Part shown: in pieces, positions 52,546-64,000 of the stretch | How the letters are laid out: each line of letters opens with the position of its first letter | Position numbering within the stretch: position 1 is the first letter of the stretch | Source of the DNA: the human T2T-CHM13v2.0 reference genome, Homo sapiens | Assembly (NCBI RefSeq): GCF_009914755.1 | Contig: NC_060939.1 | Length of the DNA: 64,000 nt | Reading direction: 5' to 3' (one strand) | Notes under the pieces: model-generated | Seen by the model: the letters and a program-made list of their open reading frames with translations, nothing else | Databases searched by the model: none | What the model was told of the DNA's origin: nothing | Program-made: the position numbers and the translations under genes

Positions 52546-52692
52546 CTGCAAAGGAAGTAGAAGGCTCCAATGATAAGTGTTACTAGGACCGCCAATGCCA
52601 CAAAAGCTTCAAACAGGTTACTTTTAGTTTGGATGCTGGAGCCTGGGAGAAAAACCTCTTCACAACGAGCTCCTGTATAGTTTTCAACGCAC
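52546..52692 (-). CDS. NRG4: NRG4 exon encoding the EGF C-loop, stalk and transmembrane helix, (R)CVENYTGARCEEVFLPGSSIQTKSNLFEAFVALAVLVTLIIGAFYFLC(R)
   Basis: Minus strand ttctgtag|G TGC GTT GAA AAC ... TGC AG|gtaagt; 147 nt; EGF motif C-x3-Y-x-G-x-R-C then a hydrophobic TM segment. Upstream exons lie beyond the window. Confidence 0.96.
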
Positions 52693-54079
52693 CTACAGAA
52701 TAAAATTTTAGATAAAGAATTGCATTCTGTGTTTCATTAGCTAGTTTGGAAGAAAAACAGTTTCCAGATGACGTGAAGAAAAAAGGAGACTAATTTTCAG
52801 ATTGTGAACATGGAGTAGACAGGTTTTCCTATAATGCTCACAGATCTACAGTTACAATAAAACAAATGCAAATTTGTTATAATGAAACAATTTTTTACTA
52901 TCTTCTTTTTCCAGTTTTCCAACTGCTTAGGAACTCCAGATAAATTATAGAGTATTCAGTGTTTTTATCTTGTAGATTTTCAATCATATAAATGTCCACA
53001 CTTTATCACAAATTGACTTTTTGTTGTATCTGGTATAGATAATGATCTAAATGCATTTTTCCTTAAAACTGCTAACTGGTTATTCCAACCCCATTCATTA
53101 AATAATCAATCCATTACCCAGTGTTTAACAGGGCCTCCTTTAACATATGTCAGATTTATATAAATAACAGCATTTATTTCTATTCTTCTTCAATGATCTA
53201 CACATCTAATCTGGGGCCTTTGCCACACTGCTTCAATACTGTTACTTTATAATATATTTGAATATCTGGTAGTTCTACTCTACTCCTTATTACTTTTATC
53301 TATAGAATTTTAAAAATATTCTCCACTGCCAACCAAATATTTTATAGCCAATTACCTGTAGCTCTCTAAAACTATATAACAAAGAACCATAATATTTGGT
53401 ATTACCAATCATTCCTTTTTCCTTGTTAATATGTTCAAAGGATTATAAAACACAGAGATTGATATAAATTAACAAGAATGACACTGTTTGGCACCAGATC
53501 AATTTCAACATAGTAGCATTTAAAATAAAAAACACTTTAATATTAACTAATATACTCAGCAATAATTCTGTGTAAAAAAGTGTATGTGTGTGTAAAACCA
53601 GTTTGTTTTAACCAGATTTTGTCAAGAATAAAAAGGTTGATTCTACTAAATTAATTATCTTCCTTATTCCTTTCCAGTTTAGGTAGGTATTTAGAAATTT
53701 TATCTCTGTTTCTTCCACCTTAGACTAATAAGGATACAGGCCTAGAAAATCAACATGTGAATTAACTACTAGCTTTGATAACTAATGTGATAGTCTAATA
53801 AAGCAGTATACAAACAAATAAGAGAAAAGAACATCAAGATATAGCACAAAGGATCAATTTGAGTTAGATGAGCATATTAAAGATGTTTCATGAACTTCAA
53901 GTCCTACTCAATGTGAGGCAGTGATGTGATTGGTGATAGCTTCCCGGGGCGGTATCAGTTAAGCAAAGCGGCAGTCTAGATTCTCCTAAACTACCATAAA
54001 GATAAGATTAAGGGGACATAGGGAAAGTAAGGATAGGATATCGGTAGCAAACTTAAATGAAAGTAAAAATATTTTGGAG

Positions 54080-54737
<658 letters not shown>

Positions 54738-54869
54738 TTACCAATTTTTCCATAGTTTAAGTCAGTTAAATAAGCTGAGGAGAAAAAAGATTAGATGAAA
54801 ATAATTTGTTTCTTTCTCTTCCAGCTCCAATTCCTGCTTCCCAAAAGGGAAATGGAATAAACACACATA

Positions 54870-54889
54870 AACACACACACACACACGCA
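54870..54889. repeat. (CA)n microsatellite
   Basis: Short CA run. Confidence 0.7.
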
Positions 54890-55315
54890 CCAATAGAAAG
54901 TTGACATAGAGACCACCATCACAATCTATCCATGTGCCATTACAAAATAAACACAGAAGGAAAGGGGCAGCATTCCACAGAGTAAAAGAAACTGGGTGCT
55001 AAACGGTTTTCAAAAGTATCTTTAAAATAACAAAAATAAAATAAAACCCTTCTATCATTCCTGTTTTTTTAAATAGAATTAAGTAGGTAACAATTATTTG
55101 TGACTGCTAAAGGTTTTTTAAGGAAAAATTTTAGCTGTGAGAGCAATTCCTGTCATACTTTTAAAATAACTCTCAAGTTTTTAAATAATGTTAAAGATAG
55201 GGTTCAGTTTCCATTCTAGAAAAAATAACCAGAACCATTGATAAGTAATCCTGAAACGAGATAGTATAATTATTTTTGATAAGGAAGATCTCTTTTAAAA
55301 GCTATAAACTCATTA

Positions 55316-55965
<650 letters not shown>

Positions 55966-57552
55966 ATAAGCCAGCTTATATGACCATAAATGTTTTAACT
56001 GGACAATAAATACTTTGAGTTGGAAGGAGTCAAGGGAATGGTGTAAATACAAGTTTGTAATCAGATCAGGGTTTATGCAAATAGAAAAAGGCATACAAAG
56101 TAAACCAAGCAACACTAGGTTGTTCTATTATCTTACAGCTGGGATAAAGCAATCACATGCTCTTGTGGGAAAGTAGAAACCTGATGGTAATTTTAAGCAA
56201 ATTCAAAGGATAAACAATCTTATCATTGTTAGGTCAAAACAGAACCTAGGGAAAGGCAAAGACAAATTTAAATATTACATTACTATCCAGGAAGTAGGAC
56301 TGGCTAACCTAAAAATGAATTTTAAAATTTCAGATATTTACCAAACAAAAAAGTAAACACTGCCTACCAATGACTGTGTACAAGGATTCTACTTTTAAAG
56401 CTCTAGCTCATTTATGAAAATGTTATGACTTCATTGATGATACAATTATCAAATTTCAGGCAAACAGAATTAATCGACTCCTTCAAAAGTAAGGGTGGAT
56501 TAAGTGGATATAGACAACTGGTAGTACTAGCACAGCATTTATACAAAACACAAAGAGGTCATGTTGCACCAGCATTTACCCAGAACTACGTAGCTCTCAG
56601 TCTTTATGTAAGTAACTCTCTTGCTAAATTACTTCTGGACCTTACTTCTGCACAAACTGTTTTAGCAAACAGTTGTGCCACCTAATGAGGTGAATACCAA
56701 GCAATAAAGGATCACCCATGTTTTCCTGGAATTGAAGATGGATGCTGGAACAGGTACAAATACTCCACTAGGTGAGAAATTCTGAAATTCAGAATCTAAG
56801 TTATACAAATTGGTTTTCTGGCTGAATACCACCAATTATCTGCTCCCAAACACAGAAGCTACGTTTAGTACATTGACATGAAATACATTCATTCGATTCT
56901 GTGGCATTCAAGGAAGTTGTTACAACATAGGAGACCTTTCACATGAATAAAATAACTCAGTTTTTAGTCATGTAAACAAACAGAGCACCATTTAGCTTCA
57001 AGAAACATTACTGGACTGTGAACTGGAAAAAACTGGTTTCTTCACCCTATTTCCATGCTTGTTGGCTATGTGATCTTGGGCAAGTCACTTAAGACTGTGA
57101 AATCAAAATAACATCACATGCTTTAACTACATAGGGCTATTGTCAGAATCAAGTAAGAATGTCTAGAGTGCTTTGAACACTGAAACACACTATACAAGTG
57201 TGTTTACAAGGAATAAAATAACTAAGAAAAATTATAACTAGAAAAGGTTAAGAGCATGGTGATCAATAAATGTGCTATCATTATTTCTCAGAAAAAAACC
57301 CCATGTTTACAATATTATAAAAGACTTCGCTAACCAAAGGGAGATGCAATGTCAGTGCCACTTCACTTGGGCTGGTCTATCCTGGAAAGAGAAAGTCTAA
57401 TACTGGCATACGTCAAATCTGGCTTCCACCTGATACTCTGTGTCAATCAAAGTTCAATTTGCAACTCATGAAAAATGGAAAAAACAAATCAAAAATGAAA
57501 CTATTAGAAATGTTCAAGAAAACAACATGGGCTTGGATCCCTTTAATAAGTC

Positions 57553-59480
<1,928 letters not shown>

Positions 59481-59846
59481 GTCTATTAAAAAATCAGAAG
59501 AAAAAGTAAAACTACAAACAAAAAGTACATATATGTTTTTCTTAGTTTATTATTTTATGATACATATAGACTTGTATATACAAAGTATCTATACATAGAA
59601 ATTGCTATGTGTCCATTTTTCCTTTAAGTAACAATTTCAATAAATATACAATTATGTTTAAATATTATAAATAATATGTTAATGGGCCTTTCCATTGTAG
59701 AAGTGTTTCACTGTCCATGTTTTGGTAAAACTTCAAGGGTTCAAGACCATAAACCAGGAACAGCTGGAAAGACTTACACTCTTAAATCACCAGACACTCA
59801 ATTAAACCACAGTTCTCAACAGACAGTATTCATGCTGGCATCTTAC

Positions 59847-59942
59847 CTTCCCAGGCTTCAGGTCTCAACAACCTTCTAATGCAGGGAAAATCTCATGCCC
59901 AACTTGGAATAAGACAAAGAGAAGCCAGCATCAGTTCACTTC
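59847..59942 (-). other. NRG4: Candidate stop-containing NRG4 cassette exon (adds R-K-stop after the first EGF exon)
   Basis: Minus strand cttcttttgtcag|G AAG TGA ... GAAG|gtaaga; 96 nt, strong splice sites, non-repetitive context. Confidence 0.55.
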
Positions 59943-61199
59943 CTGACAAAAGAAGTTAAGTATTAGAGCTGGGCAAAAGTCACAGTTGTTACTCTGCGTG
60001 GTATTCCTACATAGAAAATGAACTCTTACTGATGACATAATGGAGTATTTGCCAGCTGCCTTCCAAAGAAAATAATGGATGATAAAGACAGTAATCAAAA
60101 GGATAACCAAAATTTGGAAGCAAATGCATAATTTGGTATAACTTCAGTATGCAGCAATAAGAAGAAAATGAAAAATCTTTAGAGTATACGTTGCCTTTCA
60201 TTAGCCTTCAGCTTCTTTGAACAGTAAACCTGAGTTAGTTCTGAAAGGTAGTTTCTATTCTTGGATATGTGACACAAATCAGTAAGACAAACTCAGGTAA
60301 AGAGAAGTAGACCTAAGAGAGCAGGTACGTTCCCATAGTTTCATCACCATATCCTGCCATGTGTGCTTACTGTAAGAACAGTGATCTGGCAAAATGTGAG
60401 GGTTAAATAAAATTTATACTCTTTTAAAGTTTCGTTCTAAGCATGGTGAGGTCAAGAAAGATGTATCAGTTGTTACTGCTGAGAACACTAATGAAGAATC
60501 TTTTTCAGAAGTAAGGTTACTAAAATAAAAAGTGTTAACAAAATGCATAGCTAAACAGAGGAGTTGTTTTATGCATTTTAAACTGTTCTTTTATTATAAG
60601 CTTCAAGGCTGCTATTTCCATTCTTAAGGTGTTTCTAAAGATCAATCTAATTCTTGATGTTTAAAAGCATATGGTATGGTGCCAAAAGTCAAAGTAAAGA
60701 GGACTTTGTTTTAATTAATATTGCAGAGGCATTCTGAACTTTTTTCTTTGAACTACAACCTTCTACTAAATTTACAGATGAAAATGCAGAACTCTTATCT
60801 AATAAGAGTGCCACGAGCCAGTCTATCTTAACCATTTGATCTTAAGAAAGCCTTAAAAATTTCTGGGGTTAATAAAACAATTCATAAAATCCTGACAACT
60901 CCTTTTGAAAAGTGAGTTTAGTGAAACACATAGCAAGGTCCAGCAAAATTGCTGAGAGACCAAAATACAATTGAGACAACACGTCCAATGAAGAAGCACA
61001 ATAAATGTTGGTTTTCAAATTATAAGTGAAACTCAACCTTTATCATTTTACTTTCATATAACTAGCTTTTCATATATTCTATGTTTGTACTCCTAAACTG
61101 CTTCTCTTAAATAGATTTCAGTCTTTGTTTTATCACCTGACAAATGATAATTCCACCTATCGAAGACTGGGGGTGCTACTATTGTGGACAGGGTACAGA

Positions 61200-62520
61200 G
61201 CTGGGCCTTGGCCTAGGCAGCAGGGACCGTCCCAGGTCTGAGCCTGTGGCTCTATGGGCAGTTACTGGTTGGGAATGACCCTCAGGGAGGGCCCTGGTGA
61301 AACCAGACCTTACCAGGTCACTCTCGATAATTATTCCAATGGTAATTCTTTGCCAAGTTAAACCTTCTCCCATCAGAGTCCCACCTCCACACTGTGCAAT
61401 GTTTGGCTCTGAAGTGATCCTCTGGATGGGTCACAAGATGCATGGAGGAAAGTGAGACAGCAAGAAAAGGCCTCACCTAGCTAAGGATGCAGGGATAGGT
61501 GAAGACAAACTCCTTGCCCCCATGCTTGCTCAAAGAATCTCGTAAGTTCCAGCTGAAATGTTGAAAGATTAGGGCCTGGCTGACCTTGTGTCTAAGTGGG
61601 CCAAGAAGTCAAGGATTGCTTCCTGGATTGTTCTCCAGAGAAAGACTGAAGCAGACAATAGAAAAAGATGACCAGGTGTCCTGTCAAATGCACCTTTCTG
61701 GGTTATCTGATTCTATAAATACCTGTGATTTTCATTGTCTTCGAGCTATTTTACAACTCTGTAAATTGTAGAAAACTTATGCTAATGCAAATGAATTTTG
61801 TCCAGTATAATAAAACAGATTGCCCTGTGGATACCGACTAGTTTCATACCTATTTGTAAATTCATTTCAACATGTTTGATTACCTGTACATATGTGTGTG
61901 GTTTGAATTCTCCTTTAAGCCAGTTGTGACATCTATTGGTTCCCTCATTAATCAGTTCCTCATTAACTGTAAAAACAATAAGGGTTTTGGTTTTACAGTT
62001 TGACCATCTCATGATCTCTGTAGAAGGTGATATAGATCTATCCCTATTGGGTGAGATGACAGAGACTCTGGTTATACTTAAAAAAAAATTTGTCTATTTT
62101 CTTTAAGCTCAAATCAATTAAAATGTTATGCCCACTGGGAAGGAGAACACCTCTTTGATTTTGGACCAGAGAGATTTTGTGTTTCTGTGTTTACTCTTGA
62201 CTTGTGCCTAACTTGTAGACATGAAGCTGTAAGCTCTGTCTCTATGTGTCCAAAATTCAGAAAGGCCTTTCCCTCTCATTATGTGAGATATAATATCCTA
62301 TCTATAGAGGATATTATTACAGTATAATGTCTCTTAAATTCAAGGAGCTCTGTTCTTATTGACTTACAGAGATAAGTAAGTTCTTATGTAATTTGAATAT
62401 TCTTAAAATTCCCAGAAAAAGGAAATTGGACTTCTAGTGCTTTAAAGGTGCTAAACTCAAATTCTTCTCACCAAAACTAAGAAACATTTAAAAAAAATCT
62501 AAGTTCATAATAAGAGTAAA
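61200..62520. mobile_element. Possible old ERV LTR/internal remnant
   Basis: Composition and some motifs resemble degenerate ERV sequence; family not identified. Confidence 0.3.
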
Positions 62521-64000
62521 ATTGTGAACAGTGCCACAATAAATATACGTGTGCACGTGCCTTTATAGTAGAATGATTTATAATCCTTTGGCTATATACC
62601 CAGTAATGGGATTGCTGGGTCAAATGGCATTTCTAGTTCTAGATTCTTGAGGAATCCCCACACTGTCTTCCACAATGGTTGAACTAATTTATACTCCCAC
62701 AAATAGTGTAAAAGCATTCCTATTTCTCCATATCTTCTCCAGCATCTGTTGTTTCCTGACTTTTTAATGATTGTCATTCTAAATGGCATGAGATGGTATC
62801 TCATTGTGGTTTTGATTTGCATTTCTCTAATGACCAGTGATGATGAGCCTTTTTTCATATGTTTGTTGGCCACATAAATGTCTTATTTTGATAAATGTCT
62901 GTTCATATTCTTTGCCCACTTTTTGATGGGGTTGTTGGTTTTTTTCTTGTAAATTTGTTTAAGTTCCTTATGGATTCTGGATATTAGCCCTTTGTCAGAT
63001 GGATAGATTGCAAAAATTTTCTCACATTCTGTAGGTTGCCTGTTCACTCTGATGATAGTTTCTTTTGCTGTGCAGAAGCTCTTTAGTTTAATTAGATCCC
63101 ATTTGTCAATTTTGGCTTTTGTTGCCATTGCTTTTGGTGTTTTAGTCACGAAGTCTTTGCCCATGCTTACATCCCGAATGGTATTGCCTAGGTTTTCTTC
63201 TAGGGTTTTTATGGTTTTAGGTCTTACGTTTAAGTCTTTAATTCATCTTGAGTTAATTTTTGTATAAGGTGTAAGGAAGGGGTCCAGTTTCAGTTTTCTG
63301 CCTATGGCTATCCAGTTTTCCCAACATCATTTATGAAGTGGAGAATCCTTTCCCCCTTACTTATTTTTTGTCAGGTTTGCCAAAGATAAGATGGTTGTAG
63401 AGGTGTGGCATAATTTCTGAGGCCTCTGTTCTGTTCCATTGGTCTATATATCTGTTTTGGTACCAGTACCATGCTGTTTTGGTTACTGTAGCCTTATAGT
63501 ATAGTTTGAAGTCAGGTAGGGGGATGCCTTCAGCTTTGTTCTTCTTGTCCAGGACTGTCTTGGCTATACAGGCTCTTTTTTGGTTCCATATGAAATTTAA
63601 AGTAGGTTTTTCTAATTCTGTGAAGAAAGTCAATGGTAGCTTGACAGGGATAGCATTGAATCTCTAAATTACTTTGGACAGTGTGGCCATTTTCAAGATA
63701 TTGATTCTTCCTATCCATGAGCATGGAATGTTCTTCCATTTGTTTGTGTCCTCTCTTATTTCCTTGAGCAGTGTTTTGTAGTACTCCTTGAAGAGGTCCT
63801 TCACATCCCTTGTAAATTGTATTCCTAGGTATTTTATTCTCTTAGTAGCAATTGTGAATGGGAATTCACTCATGATTTGGCTCTCTGTTTGTCTGTTATT
63901 GGTGTATAGGAATACTTGTGATTTTTGCACACTGATTTTGTATCCTGAGACGTTGCTGAAGTTGTTTTTCAGCTTAAGGAGATTTGGGGCTGAGGGTTTT
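62521..64000 (-). mobile_element. L1PA (L1PA7/8-like) ORF2 segment, runs off the window; no 3'UTR or poly(A) at its left end
   Basis: ORF fragments [39 protein letters not shown]. Confidence 0.95.

Overview
Repeat-rich primate (most likely human, 15q24 from memory) genomic DNA containing two convergent spliced genes. The + strand carries the last five coding exons of FBXO22 (F-box/FIST-domain SCF substrate receptor; exons at 3951-4038, 4858-4953, 7973-8137, 20629-20794, 23430-23847). The - strand carries the last three coding exons of NRG4 (neuregulin-4; 52546-52692, 46652-46731, 34372-34388). A 5'-truncated RWDD1 processed pseudogene sits in the last NRG4 intron. The remainder is L1, Alu, LTR/MaLR, DNA-transposon, L2 and MIR sequence, and almost all ORFs in the supplied track are repeat-derived or spurious. 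I found no evidence for a wholly new biological system. The most interesting signals are alternative NRG4 exons readable from the sequence: a sense-oriented Alu exon encoding RCGNTCM*, whose A-linker has become a polypyrimidine tract; a stop-containing 96-nt exon that truncates the EGF domain; and a strong-site 16-nt microexon. Also notable are a ~75-nt copy of neighbouring L1 sequence patched into the RWDD1 pseudogene, two L1PA copies ~61 kb apart sharing unusual variants, and a possible long FBXO22 3'UTR with inverted Alus running tail-to-tail into NRG4. Repeat family names and boundaries were assigned by eye and are approximate.
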